64,000 nucleotides of DNA from Zancudomyces culisetae HAW-14-8. Lineage: Eukaryota; Fungi; Kickxellomycota. The position numbers were made by a program, and so were the translations under genes. The notes under the pieces were generated by a model. The model made no database searches. It was not told the origin of the DNA and worked only from the letters and a program-made list of their open reading frames with translations. The stretch spans positions 3,286,001 through 3,350,000 of the forward strand of contig JBNJNM010000011.1 of the NCBI GenBank assembly GCA_052426225.1, read 5' to 3'. This document shows, one piece after another, positions 25,727 to 38,488 of the stretch (position 1 is its first letter; the number at the start of each line of letters is the position of its first letter).

Positions 25727-26353
25727 ATGGTAAAACTAGCAGATCCTTCGGCAATCGGTCTATGTGGCTTCGCCTTGACCACACTCGTACTCTCCATGCA
25801 CAATGCTGGAATCGGTATCCCATATGGTAGTCCAAATAACGTCGTTGTAGGCCTTGCATTTTTCTACGGAGGGTTTGCACAATTCACAGCTGGCGTTTTC
25901 GACATATTACACAACAACATGTTCGGAGGAACCGCCTTCATCTCATATGGTGCCTTCTGGATGTCCTTTGCTTCCATCTTGACTCCAGGATTCGGTGTTA
26001 AAGCTGCATTCACAGCTGCTAACAGCAAACATCTTCCAAACGCACTCGGTATCTTCCTTCTTGGATGGACGATCTTTACATTCATCATGATGATTGCATC
26101 ATACAGAATTCACTTTGTCATGGCTACACTATTCACATTCCTTTTCGTTACCTTTGTCTTACTCACCATTGGTGAATGGAAGGCCAGCAAAGTATTCATG
26201 ACTCTTGGAGGATCATTCGGTTTTGTGACTGCTCTGATAGCATTCTACCTTGCAGCATCACTACTGATCAGCAAGAAGTCTGGATTCAGCTTCGATCTCC
26301 CAAATAAATCACTCGCAGCACCAAAGGAGCCAGTATACGACTCAGAAGCATAA
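25727..26353 (+). CDS. GPR1/FUN34/YaaH (ATO/SatP) acetate/ammonia transporter
   Basis: 'ADPSAIGLCGFALTT' (NPAPLGL variant), 'FYGGFAQF', 'SYGAFW'; six hydrophobic segments. Confidence 0.93.
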   Translation: MVKLADPSAIGLCGFALTTLVLSMHNAGIGIPYGSPNNVVVGLAFFYGGFAQFTAGVFDILHNNMFGGTAFISYGAFWMSFASILTPGFGVKAAFTAANSKHLPNALGIFLLGWTIFTFIMMIASYRIHFVMATLFTFLFVTFVLLTIGEWKASKVFMTLGGSFGFVTALIAFYLAASLLISKKSGFSFDLPNKSLAAPKEPVYDSEA

Positions 26354-27062
26354 AAAAAACACCACCGTTATGATTATATTTATGAGTAGTTTTATGGTAT
26401 AATTTTATTTATATCCAGCAACAACTAAGGGACTCTAGTCTTTTTGGTTTATACCTTTTAATCGTACATTTCAAATCGTTGTTCTGGTTATAATATATAA
26501 TATATAATTTATCTGACCACAAAAAAGGAAAAAATCGGACTTGTGTTTTTCATTCTTCAAATCTGTTGTGCACAGTCCAGATAACGATTCGTCGTAAATA
26601 GTGTCAGCAGAATGCGTCACAATTTATCTCATCAGACATCACCTGGTCTGGAGACTGCACTATACAAAAATAAAACAGCTCGTAACTCAAAAACCGAGTA
26701 CACTGACCCATAAATATCTAGCTGGTAACAGCCTTTTTGTTAAGGAAAAAAGAGGGTGGGAAAGCTGATAACACACCGGTTTTATGCCTCTGCAATCATC
26801 ATGGAGGCAATTCCCTATTTGAAGTACACAAGCATGTGTTATACCCACTTACACGAGAAAAAGTATAACTACGGAGCATAATTTTCAGGATTTTTCTTAC
26901 TATACAACCCTATATCCTTCACCAAAGCATAACTAACTGCTAGGAAATCAATATAAAGAGCCCCACAAATCACTAATCTGATCAAGTTGTATTATTTTTA
27001 CAACAAAAAAAAAACCGACACCAAGCATAAACTAATTAAATAGAAAAATGAACGATATGTAC

Positions 27063-27893
27063 TCAGGGGTTAGCTACGGCCTTATTGCTATAATAAAGCC
27101 CATTGGCCTTTAGATTTTGCAAGGGTTCTGTCACTAAGTAGTATTGGGTTTGGATACCCTCTTCAAGAGAAAGTGGTGCCTCGGATCCACCCATATCGGT
27201 TTTCACCCATCCAGGATGAAGAGCGGCAAAGAATATGTGCCTGGGGTCGTCTTTATACATTTTCGCCAAAATTCTGCAGTAGGTTGTGACGCCGGTTTTT
27301 GATACATTGTATGAATCACTGGGGTATCCCTTCTCCTTGAGTGTTCCCTCCTTAAAGGATGTCAAGAACTTCTCCTGCAGCTGGTTCAACTGGTCTACAG
27401 TCAGCGTTTCAGATAAATATTCCTCTCTGATGGAGGCGGGATATTGGCTCAAGTTTCCCAACATACTACTTACAAAGAGCACACGTCCGTTGCTTTTGAT
27501 AAGAGGCATTATTGCGTCGTTAAGCTCAATAGTACTATTGTAATTGCATCTTATCGTCTTTTCTGCATGTGCATAATCGGATGCGCCTTTAAAGTAAACA
27601 CCAGCGTTGTGTACCATTATATCAATACATGGAGTGCCCATCTTTTCCATGTGCTTAGTGAACGAGTGAATGCTTTGCTTATCTGTTATGTCTAGCGGAT
27701 AGAACTCCAGATCGACCTTGGAACCAGTAGGAAGCTCGCTTTTAATCTCTTGAAGTGCTGACATACCTTTACTGCTATCTCTAGAGGTCATATAGATAGT
27801 GAGCGGTCCTTTTGACTCTACCGCCAACTTTCTGACTAAGGCTCTTCCCAACCCCTTATTTGAACCTGTAACAACTATCAGCTTGGAACTCAT
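27063..27893 (-). CDS. short-chain dehydrogenase/reductase, carbonyl-reductase (CBR1)-like
   Basis: TGSNKGLG Rossmann motif, HNAG, VSS, YNVSK catalytic motif, HPGWVKTDMGG. Confidence 0.92.
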   Translation of the reverse strand: MSSKLIVVTGSNKGLGRALVRKLAVESKGPLTIYMTSRDSSKGMSALQEIKSELPTGSKVDLEFYPLDITDKQSIHSFTKHMEKMGTPCIDIMVHNAGVYFKGASDYAHAEKTIRCNYNSTIELNDAIMPLIKSNGRVLFVSSMLGNLSQYPASIREEYLSETLTVDQLNQLQEKFLTSFKEGTLKEKGYPSDSYNVSKTGVTTYCRILAKMYKDDPRHIFFAALHPGWVKTDMGGSEAPLSLEEGIQTQYYLVTEPLQNLKANGLYYSNKAVANP

Positions 27894-28924
27894 TTTGCAA
27901 GTAAGTTATCTTATTTGGGAGGTGTATTTGTTTGTTTACTTTTATTTTGATGTTTTTTTTTCAAAACTGTATTTAAAAGCAAGCGAAAGCGGGATAGCTG
28001 GGATATTTATATACATTGAGATGATAACTGGTATTTTGGATTTTCATTTCAGTACGAATCCTGTTTCTGCTTAGCAACTTTCCTCACAAGCATTAATAAT
28101 CAAAATTCATAATGCAAATATTGAAAATAATGAAAATATCACACATTCACACGCATTAGTAATCAAAAGGCCAATATCATCGCAGGAAAAACATGCAAAC
28201 ATTCGCAATTTTACTGTTAGCTAGGGGATTTGCTAAAGACTTAAAAGATGGCCTTTTCTGCATATGTGCTTAGCACAGCGGACTTAATATTTGCAAACCA
28301 GATTTTGGTTTTTATTGGGTATTTTCTTTTTTTGGGGTCGTATATTTTTTCTTGTTAATGATGGAAAGGCCTGTCTCAGCTCCCCGTTGAAATTAAAAAA
28401 AAGAGGGTTTATCAACGCAACAAGCTACAAGCATCGAATAGTGCGTTATATGGCAGAGTCTAGTTTGTCACTCAAGCATATTCCTATCTAATTTTCGGAA
28501 TTGTACCAATTCAAACAATCATGGTTGCTCGAAATATACAAACAAATAAACGGGTACATTACCGCTTTCAAAATTGGTGGTGCTATAAAAAAATAGTTTT
28601 CATTTTGTTTTAGAGGTAGAATAACTAAGCAAGGTGTTTTCTATAACCAAGCATTGGTAGCACACCCTCTACCTGACATTACTCTCTCTTTCTTTTTTTT
28701 ATTACAAGATCCCGTACATCCACCAACTCGAGCAAAGAGGGATCTCCTCCAAACAAATAAAAAAATTTGTGTCTTTTTCATTTTTTTGGGTTTTCGGAAA
28801 CACCAACTGCAACTCTGATGCTCTTTAGTGTTAGTACAGTTAACAAGTATAAAATAATGTATTCACAGAAAAAAATGTACACAAACTAGGGGCTAGAAAA
28901 GGGTCATAAAATGTTTAATCTTAA

Positions 28925-30751
28925 TTATTTCGACCATTGTCTGGATTTATCGTTAAATGCGGATCTGCTTTTCTGATAAAGCCTAGAAGAGGCATCAGCA
29001 GAGGAATACTTTCCATTAATACCTCCTTCCCTTCTTGCGGGCCCAGAGTTTGCTGAATTTCCTAATTTGATATTGACCTTTGGAGGAATGCTAAAGCCAA
29101 ACGATTTCGCAACTTTAACCAAGTCTAATTTATTTAGGTCAAAGATTGTCTTGAGCTGGTAACTTCCATACGCTTGGAGGTAGGATCTATAACCATCACG
29201 AGCAGATTTGTTCAAGTAGTAGTTCTTTTCAATCAGACTTTCAAGCTGAGGCTGGATCTTGGCTATTTTATTCTTTGGGAATATATATTCACTGAGGGTG
29301 ACCTTTGATTGTTTCAGATACCTTAAAAATCCTAGCTCCGAGGGAAGCAAAAAGAGCAAACTCTTTCCGCTCTTACCTGCACGAGCAGTTCGTCCCACAC
29401 GATGAATGTAATCACGTGGATCATCTGGAGGATCATATTGGATAATCCAGTCAACCTTAGGAATATCCAAACCTCTTGCCGCCACATTGGTGCATAAAAG
29501 AATACCACTCTTCGCATTAACAAATTCGAAGAATGTGTTTGTGCGTTTTTGTTGCTTCTGTTTTCCGTGAAGATCGATAACAGGGATATCGATGAAATTC
29601 AACAGCTCACTGTGATATTTTACCGAGTTGCAGGACGAGAAAAACACAATTATTTTCTTGTTGCTGGATAGATTCTTTTTCAAAAATGTAAAGAGAAGTA
29701 AAAATCTCTCATCGCTATCTGTAACTACATATCCTTGTTCCAGGTTATCCACTGTTGCTTCTTCCTTTTTGTCATCTACATTAATGTAGAGTGGTCCCTT
29801 CTTCAAAGATATCCGCGCCAAGTCCTCCACCTTTGTAGTTTGTGTTGCACTAAACAATACTGTCTGTCTTCCATCATTTTTAGGCAAAATGTTGATAATG
29901 GCTCTCATTTCATCCTCAAACCCTGCCTCCAATATCCGGTCAGCCTCGTCTATAATTAAACTCTTCAAGTTTTTGAAGACAAAGCCTTTGGTGTTTTGCA
30001 AATGATCTAACAACCTCCCTGGTGTTCCCACAACTATATTTACGCCCTTAACAAGTTTGTCTGCCTCTGCCTTTCTGTTTGCTCCACCAATAACCACACC
30101 ATAAGTTTGACTGTGGAATCGCATCAACTCTTTAAGCACGGTAAATATTTGTAGACACAATTCTCTTGTTGGTGAGATTATTATCACTCCTGTACCGTTT
30201 CTGGGCTTGTACTTGAGCTTGCTCAGTAGTTCGATCGCTGGGACCAAAAACGCTAGGGTCTTTCCTGAACCTGTCTTTGCTGCACCAAGCACATCTCTGC
30301 CCGCAAGCAATGGCGGTATTGTTCTGGCTTGCACTTCTGTCATCTTTTCAAAACCCATTTCTTTTATTCCCTGCTTTGTAAGATCTGTAATGGGTAGCTT
30401 TTCAAATTCATATTCAACTTCGACCTTTTCATTTTGCTCTGTACTTGCCTTTCCACCTTTTTTCTTTCCTTCCTTTTTGGCCTTTTTAGCTACAGGCTCT
30501 TCTGACTCTTCAGCATCCTCAACATCAGCCTCTTCCGCTTCTGCTTTTGCCTCTACTTCGGCTTCAACCTCAGCCTCCGCCTTTTGCTCTTCAGCGTTTT
30601 CAACATTTTCCTCTGTTTTATCTACACCAACAGCGGCTACAGTTTCGCTAGCCTCATTTGAATCAGCTTTCTTGTCTCCCTTGCTTCTTCTTCTCTTTCT
30701 TTTCTTCCCTTCTATGTTTTTCGTATTTGCCTCCATTGTTGTACTATTCAT
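28925..30751 (-). CDS. HAS1: DEAD-box RNA helicase Has1/DDX18, intronless
   Basis: [44 protein letters not shown], '[17 protein letters not shown]', '[15 protein letters not shown]'. Confidence 0.97.
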   Translation of the reverse strand: MNSTTMEANTKNIEGKKRKRRRSKGDKKADSNEASETVAAVGVDKTEENVENAEEQKAEAEVEAEVEAKAEAEEADVEDAEESEEPVAKKAKKEGKKKGGKASTEQNEKVEVEYEFEKLPITDLTKQGIKEMGFEKMTEVQARTIPPLLAGRDVLGAAKTGSGKTLAFLVPAIELLSKLKYKPRNGTGVIIISPTRELCLQIFTVLKELMRFHSQTYGVVIGGANRKAEADKLVKGVNIVVGTPGRLLDHLQNTKGFVFKNLKSLIIDEADRILEAGFEDEMRAIINILPKNDGRQTVLFSATQTTKVEDLARISLKKGPLYINVDDKKEEATVDNLEQGYVVTDSDERFLLLFTFLKKNLSSNKKIIVFFSSCNSVKYHSELLNFIDIPVIDLHGKQKQQKRTNTFFEFVNAKSGILLCTNVAARGLDIPKVDWIIQYDPPDDPRDYIHRVGRTARAGKSGKSLLFLLPSELGFLRYLKQSKVTLSEYIFPKNKIAKIQPQLESLIEKNYYLNKSARDGYRSYLQAYGSYQLKTIFDLNKLDLVKVAKSFGFSIPPKVNIKLGNSANSGPARREGGINGKYSSADASSRLYQKSRSAFNDKSRQWSK

Positions 30752-30802
30752 CACGTCCGTTTTTTTTTACTAATGGAAATTTAAAAGCTTTTAAATATGA
30801 TT

Positions 30803-30834
30803 AAAAATTTTTTCAAATAAAAAAAATTTTTTTA
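30803..30834 (-). promoter_or_regulatory. two RRPE-like (TGAAAAWTTTT) elements upstream of HAS1
   Basis: Minus strand reads TGAAAAAATTTTT plus a second AAAAATTTT 50-85 nt before the ATG of a ribosome-biogenesis gene. Confidence 0.45.
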
Positions 30835-31084
30835 AGTGCTAATGAATTTATCAGATCGGATAAAATCAAAATTATTTATAAACTACAACAGGCAAAGTGG
30901 ATGACTGGTGTCGATGCCACCAAATATGAGACAATTGCATGAACACCAAATCCTTGCTCTTGGGTTATACCACTAACTTGTGCTCCCTTAATTATTTTTG
31001 ACTTTTTGTATTCGTAAATATAAAGTATAATGTTTAATAACCAAAAAATCAAAGTTATTAATAAACAAGTCAGACCTAGTAAAT

Positions 31085-31981
31085 TCATTTGTTGGTGAGC
31101 ATAGCCTTGACTTGATCGTAGAATACCAGTACCAATGCACTGCCAGTACCGCGGAGAAGGTTGGATAAACCTCCGTTGAAGAAGATCTTTGACCCACTCT
31201 TCTTGTATAATTTGACGAAGCAGTCAAGAGTACCTGTGTACATAACAGTTCCAGCTCCGGACTGAATCATAAGGCAACGACGAACGGTATCAAGAGGATA
31301 TGAGATAAGACCGGCAATAACAGTGACGGTTGGGACAACCAACCATGAGGCAAAGAATCCTGGTCTCTTGGTGTTTTCCGTGAATAAAACGGATTTCAAT
31401 GTGTCATAACCTCCGAAGTATGCGGCTCTGTATACAATAATTCCCATAACTGAAACACCAAATCCTTGGTAAAGTCCATCAATTCCGTTCTTCTTGTAGA
31501 TTGTTGAAGTACAGTGTCCCAATCCGTGGAATTGATGGTTGGCACCTTTTCCGACGTCTACGGCCATACGTGTACGGGCAAAGTCAAGTGGGTATACAAA
31601 CAACAAGGATGTGGCTCCAGCAAGACCTCCTGATGCCATGTTGGTTCCAAAGAACTTCCAGAAGTCTGTACTTGGGTTGTACTTAGGGAACATGTTCTTG
31701 TACTTGTCCTTGAATGCAAAGTTCAATGCTTGTGTTGGAAAGTATCTGATTACGTTGGAAAAGTTTCCACGCCAGAAGGATGCAACACCTTGTTCAGTTG
31801 GGGTACGTCGGAATGCATCCATAATCCCCTTGTACCTCTTATCGGCAGAGATTTGCTTGTTTGAAGCTTGGACTTGGAGCAAAAGCCTGACTCTCTCAAT
31901 TAGAGCTACTGCAGTCTTTGAGGCGGCGGCTGAGATACCTCCAACCAAAAGATCGGCTTAGAAGTCAACAGCTTGCTGCAT
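31085..31981 (-). pseudogene. ADP/ATP carrier (AAC/ANT) with in-frame stop and degenerate signatures
   Basis: ATG at 31981 reads [25 protein letters not shown] (TAA at 31958-31960). '[14 protein letters not shown]' is intact, but PIERVK has become LIERVR and RRRMMM has become RRCLMI. Confidence 0.8.
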
Positions 31982-33719
31982 AGTTGTGGATTATTTTTTA
32001 TTCGGATATCCTTTCTACATATTCCTTAATAAAACCTTTTGGAAGTTGTAGTGGAGAGGAAAAAATATATAGATTTTATATATCCTAAAAAAATAAAGAA
32101 AACCAGACTTCGTTTCTTTTGGCTTGTCGTTTAGTTTCAATGCTCAAGAGCTTTCTGGTCTTATTGGTTAATTAATTGGAGATATTTCGTAGAACCTGTG
32201 TAAATGAGCTTATTGTAAATAGTTGATAAACTAACCTTTCCGAAATAAAATGTATATACGATAAATTAATATCAAATAGAAATTGACCCGATCCAAGTGA
32301 TACTTGATGCTTTTCGCTAAGTAGAACATGAAATAGTATACCATACGACAAGCCGATTATTGATCCGAAAATTTAAAAAAAAAATCAAAAGTTTTCGCGA
32401 CAATAACAGCAGGCCAGGAGTCCAGTTAAGTGCCAATTGAACACCAGAGCAGCTTACTTTATGCAATTGGATTAAGTTTACATCTACAGTACAAGTTGAT
32501 GTATAGATAGATAAATGTATCCGTAGTTTTGGGGATCTAGATTCCATGCTACCCACACAAACAATCAGTCTTGGTTCTGAACTATCAAAAAAATAAATCA
32601 TTAGTAAAAAAAGAGCCAACGGTTAGCACAGAGTGGTTGATATGTTGGTATTATAGTGCTATTCATGGCCAAAGGCCTTAAAGGTATGTTTAGACTAACT
32701 GTTCATTTTCAAAAACTGTAATTTTTTATATGATCTCCACAAAACTAAAAATATATCACTGTTTGAAACTTATGAAAAATAATTTCGGTTTTACGAGAAG
32801 AGAATGTCAGTTTGATTTTATGAAAGAGGTGAGAATACATCTGTGTTATGTGTGGTTATTGTAAATCAAAAAGTGAATGTGATGAAAGAAACCTTATAAA
32901 ATAGGAAAGATGAAGTGAAATGGATATCTTTTAACGATGCTATATTCATTCTTGATGAATTTGAATACTCAAAGCTTGAACTTTACTGCGAGAACTGCTT
33001 AAAAAAGGTGATGGATACAGTTCCATACCATTAAACGATGAGGGGTAGTACATTAGTTGCGGTGTTTATCAGCATATCTTGCGAGTTATCCGCCATACTG
33101 CTATTGAGTTATTATATTGTAACTTTGGATACCATCAAAAAAAAAATCAACAGTTAAATGTGTGGGTTAACCATTATTTTAACAGCTGGATGTGCAAGTT
33201 ATGAAAAGTTATATGTATAGGATTGATTATTAAGCACATACATAAATATGAACAAACTCAAGATAAAAAAAAATACATCACTTGTGCAAACCCCACGTAC
33301 TTCCCCATATTTATCTCGAGTCATTTACTAAGCAAGTCAGTTAACTATTAAATCTCATACCTGATAAAAATTGAGAGAAAATGCAGTAATTTAAGCTCAG
33401 GTAAATAGCGAGAGCGGGGGAGAAGCGGAAATAAAAATGGTTTCACTGCAGTTATTTCAAAGTTATAAGTTAATGAAGTGGTTACTACTTAATAATGAGA
33501 GTTCAAGGTTTACCAAAATGATAAAGAAAAAGTATATAAACGTTGTATATCCATCGAAAACCCGACAAACCAAAAAAAAATACTCTAGCTATCCCAAACA
33601 GAGGTTCAACTGGTAGAAAGAACAACACCGATAAGTATATCTAATAGATACAGACTTGAAAAGCCATCAATTGATTAGGAGCAAGTATTGACAAAATCTC
33701 CGACTTATTACTCGAGAAA

Positions 33720-35222
33720 ATGATTTCGATATTGACTGCAGGTGGTGGAGAAAAGAGATCCAGAGGTAGAAATGCTAGAAAACCTAAGATGCTGAAGGGA
33801 ACAAAGAACAAATGCCTCAAGGGCAAGGTAAGTGTCCAAATTTTTTGTGTTTATGATTTTATATATTTATTAGTGTAATACTGACAGTTTAATCATAAAA
33901 ATAACATATAGCTAAACATACTCTCCAAAACGCACAACGAAGATGAAGAAATAGTTAAAATGAGAAAAGGAGCGGAGGCTGAGCGTGTGCCCAGTTTGGG
34001 ATCAAAGTCCAGCTTGTTTAAGTCAGCCATTTTTGGTAGCTCAGGATCAAAAAGTACGCTTAACCCTAAAGCAATTTTTGGAGGATCTGATTATACTTTG
34101 TTCAACTGGGTTGGTATAACGAACAGAAATTCAGTCAAAAATGCATCTTCACCAAATACTCAGGCTCATACATATGGTATTCTCTGTAACAATAAAAAAA
34201 GCGAAAAATCTTTTAGAAAAGATAAAAAGGCTGTCAGATTTAGCGAAAATGTTGGGTTAAAGGATGTGATTAGTAATCCACTTGACTATAATGGCAGCAT
34301 AGACCCTTTGAAGAGACAATACATGACCGGAGACTGTGCAGATGCCGATGTGTTATATCTGGATATAAATAAGGAAAAAGGGGTGCTTTCGTTTAATGGG
34401 GCTGACTTAGACAAGAGCGTAGTGGAAAAACTCAAGAGTGGCCTTCCGGTTACCAATATACTCAAGCAAAGAGAAATACAGGAGGAAGCTAAGAAAATAA
34501 ATCTCGGGTTCGAGATGAGCCCTGTTAGCAATACCAACCTGGTTGCAATGCAAAATTACTGTAGCATGACCAGCTCATTTGCAGTTCGGGAAACCCAGTT
34601 CAGAAAGGAGAGTCAGCTAGGCTGCACTGGAGATCTTGAAACCCCAACATCGCAGCCACTATTGAACCTGATGAAACCACAACGCAAAGGGCAAAATAAA
34701 CAATTTAACACACAGGTTCCAATATATGCAGTAGATAACGACGACGATACAACCAGTATAATGAGTTTGACATTATCCGATCTTTCTCTCAGCGACCAGG
34801 AAATAGAGGATATTGTATCAAAAGGACCAAGGATCATTCTTAAAAGCACGAGTACAGTAGACTTCTCAATATTAGATTCTGCTGTAGAAAGCATGAGAAA
34901 CACCTCCAAAGCAGAGAAAATAGGTGCTTTACACTTCCAATTGATTGATGGACCTACAAAAAGGTATAGCAAGGCCTTGGCACTCAACAAAAAGCGTGAT
35001 AGGGACAACAGTACCTATACCTGGAAAGATGGCCTTGTCCATATTTCGACAAAAAACCCCACCCAAGATAGTAGTTGTTCTTTTAGTGACACGCTGAATG
35101 ACGTGTTGGTGGAGGTAAAAAATGCTGGTGTTTTTGGCATTGATGATTTAATGAAGGCAGTTTTGGAACAAAGTTACGCTAAGGAGGACGAGGCAAAATC
35201 AAATTTATATTACAATCCTTAA
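33720..35222 (+). CDS. hypothetical protein; exons 33720-33827 and 33912-35222; contains KAVRF (RVxF-type) motif
   Basis: Phase-0 GTAAGT...TAG intron joins a 36-codon exon to the 420-aa ORF; no recognisable family. Confidence 0.65.
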
Positions 35223-35520
35223 CCAATGCCGCATGCATTAAACCCCTCAGTATACAGTCTACACCTCACAGAATGATGAAGCAAATGGGTTGGGAAGTAG
35301 GGGATAAACGGTTTTATTATTTTTAATTTAATTTTTATCATTTTCAATATACACAAATGGCAATATAAGTGAAAAACACAACTCTGTAATCGCCATGAAG
35401 CAGTTTTCGTTTTACAACACACATTTCTACACATTAATAAATGTAAAATATAGTAAAATAAAGGCAGATGTTTAAATCATGGATTCTAAATACAAGTGAC
35501 GCGGTACCAGTGGTGTTATA

Positions 35521-37586
35521 TTAGTCCAAATAAGCCAATTTTGTAGGTGTTATGTTTAGTTGGGTATAAAGGCCTCTCATTCTGCCCTCAGGGAGGGAAT
35601 CGCTTGTGTTGAAAACGATGGTGATGGCTTTCCCAGTGCTGTTAAACCTACCGGTTCTTCCTGCCATGTGAATGTAGCTATTTTTAGATTTTGGAACATC
35701 TAAAATAAGAACATGTGATACATCAGGAATATCAATTCCTCTACCGGCGGTATCAGTGGTAATAAACACATTATAGCTCTTAGAAGTTGGTTTTGAACTA
35801 CTACTAGTATTCTCGCTTGGAAGTGTTTTGGTGTATTTCTCAAATAACCCAATAGCGGTAATGCCTTGTTTATACAAAGCTTCAAGGAAATCGTAGTATT
35901 TTTTTCCAGTCTGCATGAAGATTACCACATTTTTGACAGACTCAGCTTCGCTACCCAGCACATTAGCTATACATTCAGTCACATACTGGTTATACTGTGC
36001 CTCAGTGATTTTTAACTTCGGTTTTGCAATCGCTTTCTGGGCCATTTCTTCGAGGTCTGAAAGTTCAGCTAAATCGTTTTCTTGTTCTACAGGAATATTC
36101 TCAAAAGAAGAATTTAGAGGATTGCCACCATTGTTAAAGTCTGTAACACCAAATATGTCCACAACTTTTTGTTCAAGATGCGAGTCATCAGTAATGGTAG
36201 AGCTTGAAAAAGGTTGTTCAGCTTTTTTCTCGAAAGGTGTTGACGCAGAGACCTGCTTCAAAGTTTTTTCTTTGATGTTTCTGACTGTCTCTAGATCATC
36301 AACAACTATACAGCTGTGCTCAATAGATGATGGCACAAAAGAACCTTGTGCTTTTAACTCAATATTTTCCAGATCGGTGGGGAACCACCCGCGGGATTTT
36401 AAATATTTTATCAAGTCACTGTTTACTGTTGCAGAGGAAATAAACAACGAGTAAAATTTTGTTGACTTGTATTCAACCGGCTTGTACTTGGGGTTCTGAA
36501 TATAGTCTATTCTTTCCAACTCCTTTAAAATATAGCTTTTCTTTTCGCCATCCCAAAGCTTTTCAGCCAGACTTTTCAAATACGCGACTTGTCGAGGCTT
36601 GGTGCTGGATTTCTGTAACTCAAACTGCTCGACTCTGTTTTCGGCCTCCAGTCTCTTTCTCAGCATCGAAGTGATTCTTTTTTCGCTAAACCCATATTTT
36701 TTGTAATTTAGTTCATTTATCTGTTTTAATACAGACTCAACAAAAATCTGTCCCTCTTTCAGATTTTTCAACTTGTTCAGTTTTTTCTTGATTGATGCGT
36801 ACCGATTTGCGAGTTGGATCATGCTATCTACTTCATCCACAAATATCCGCTGAAGCCTACCGTCTATTTTTATTTTTTTGTGTGTAATCATATTATCCAT
36901 AAGCTGTATCCCTGTACCCACAACCAGTGACGGAGATCCGAATTCCATTAGTGTTTTCTCCTGTTTCTCTATATAGTCCGCCCCTCCAATAAAGGTTTGA
37001 ACCAAATTATTCTTGTGAGCCAGAGGAAATGCCTCTTGAACCAAGTTAGTTGCCCATTCGTCAATTTGAAGAGCCAATTCCCTGTTAGGCACTAATAGTA
37101 CACCCATAGGACTAGATAGAGCGTGTTTCTCCTTTTCTGTCTCATCACTTTTGACAAACGAATTTTCTAGAAAATCTTTGTAGGCCATTCCCAACATAGC
37201 CAAAAGAATAGAGAAAGTTTTGCCAGAACCTGTTTCTTGTATTAACAGATAATCCTTCCCCCCTTCGATAATTGCAGGAATAAGCCTCTTTTGTAACTCG
37301 GTAGGTTCTTTCACCCCATAAAGTTTTTCGGCAGCTAGAGCGAGTGGCTTTGGAACGCCTAACTCCTAAAGAAAGTATAGACAATTGATATTAAATATCT
37401 AAAACAAAATACTGTTCATTCTGATAATTGGAGTACATACATGGGAATGTCTTTCAAAAATGATGTTTTAAGTCTTACCTCAAACGTGATAGTGCTATTA
37501 AATCTCTTCCACACCGAGGTACATTTTGTCGTCCTTAATACATACAAGCCAAGGCTTGGATTTACTCTCGATTTCATAATAAACAT
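35521..37586 (-). CDS. mitochondrial DEAD-box RNA helicase (Mrh4/DDX28-like); intron 37366-37478
   Basis: Exon 1 is a basic presequence ending 'KRFNSTITFE'. Splicing yields Q-motif 'FEELGV...PTELQ'. Also ETGSGKT, PNRELA, DEVD, SAT, GRGIDIP and HMAGRTGR. Confidence 0.85.
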
Positions 37587-38488
37587 TTTGATTTGATTAT
37601 GCACTAAAGTTCATACTAATTCTTATTAAGTTCCGAATATCTTTTGAATTTTACGAGTTCCTCTAGTATACGACTGAAAGCCAACGCTAGCTTGTAGTTG
37701 TCGTTGCTATATATATACAATGCTAAATTCTGAATATTTGTTTAAGGTTTTTTTTCTGGAAATCGCACCTTGGCGATTTGCCACAAATCAACCTCACCAT
37801 TTCGAAAAAAAAATTTTCAACCAAACCACGATTGAGGCCAAAAACTTGATCAAAAGTAGATCCTGCTCAAATCACTAGAAAAGAGTGTATACTTTTGGTG
37901 TTAGTGTGGTTACCCATGTTTTAACTTAATACTGTCTTCTCTTTTCCTCCCACAACATGGTTATGAAAGTTTAATATATGGGTACTTTTTTACCTCATTT
38001 TTTTAGTTTAACAACAGAAACTTCATAAAAAAACAGTCATCAACAAGGTTTTAACAGCTGGGCATTGAAGCCGAGATTTGTAGCTCTTACCCAGTAACTA
38101 GTTTTACCACTATGACTTAACGATGGGATGATCTAGGGCTGGGTAATCTAGTTGAACTCAAACATTCGCAAGATCTGCATCCTCCAATTCTGTGTTTCTA
38201 TCTAGTTTACTTGATTGATGATGGCTTTAAGAGATAAATTAATTTGCAAAAAGAGCCGAGAGTGAGCAGTAGTTGCAAAGCGAATGAAATTACGAGGTTT
38301 TTAATCAATAAATCTTTCGAATCAGCTGCCGCATTGCTCGAATATACCAAAGTTGATAGCATCTTTTCAATTCTTTTCTTTTTTCTTTTTTTGCTTCCAA
38401 GTTCTCGGAAACTATATAAAAGTAGACAGTGTTTATAAAACCATACCAGCTAGGGGTGGACTAGTGTAAAAAAAAACAAAAGGAGAAT

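Noticed and set aside
32772-33034. Possible two-exon fragment ending 'EVKWISFNDAI...CENC..'
   Set aside because: Donor and acceptor phases do not join into an open frame; at most a relic.
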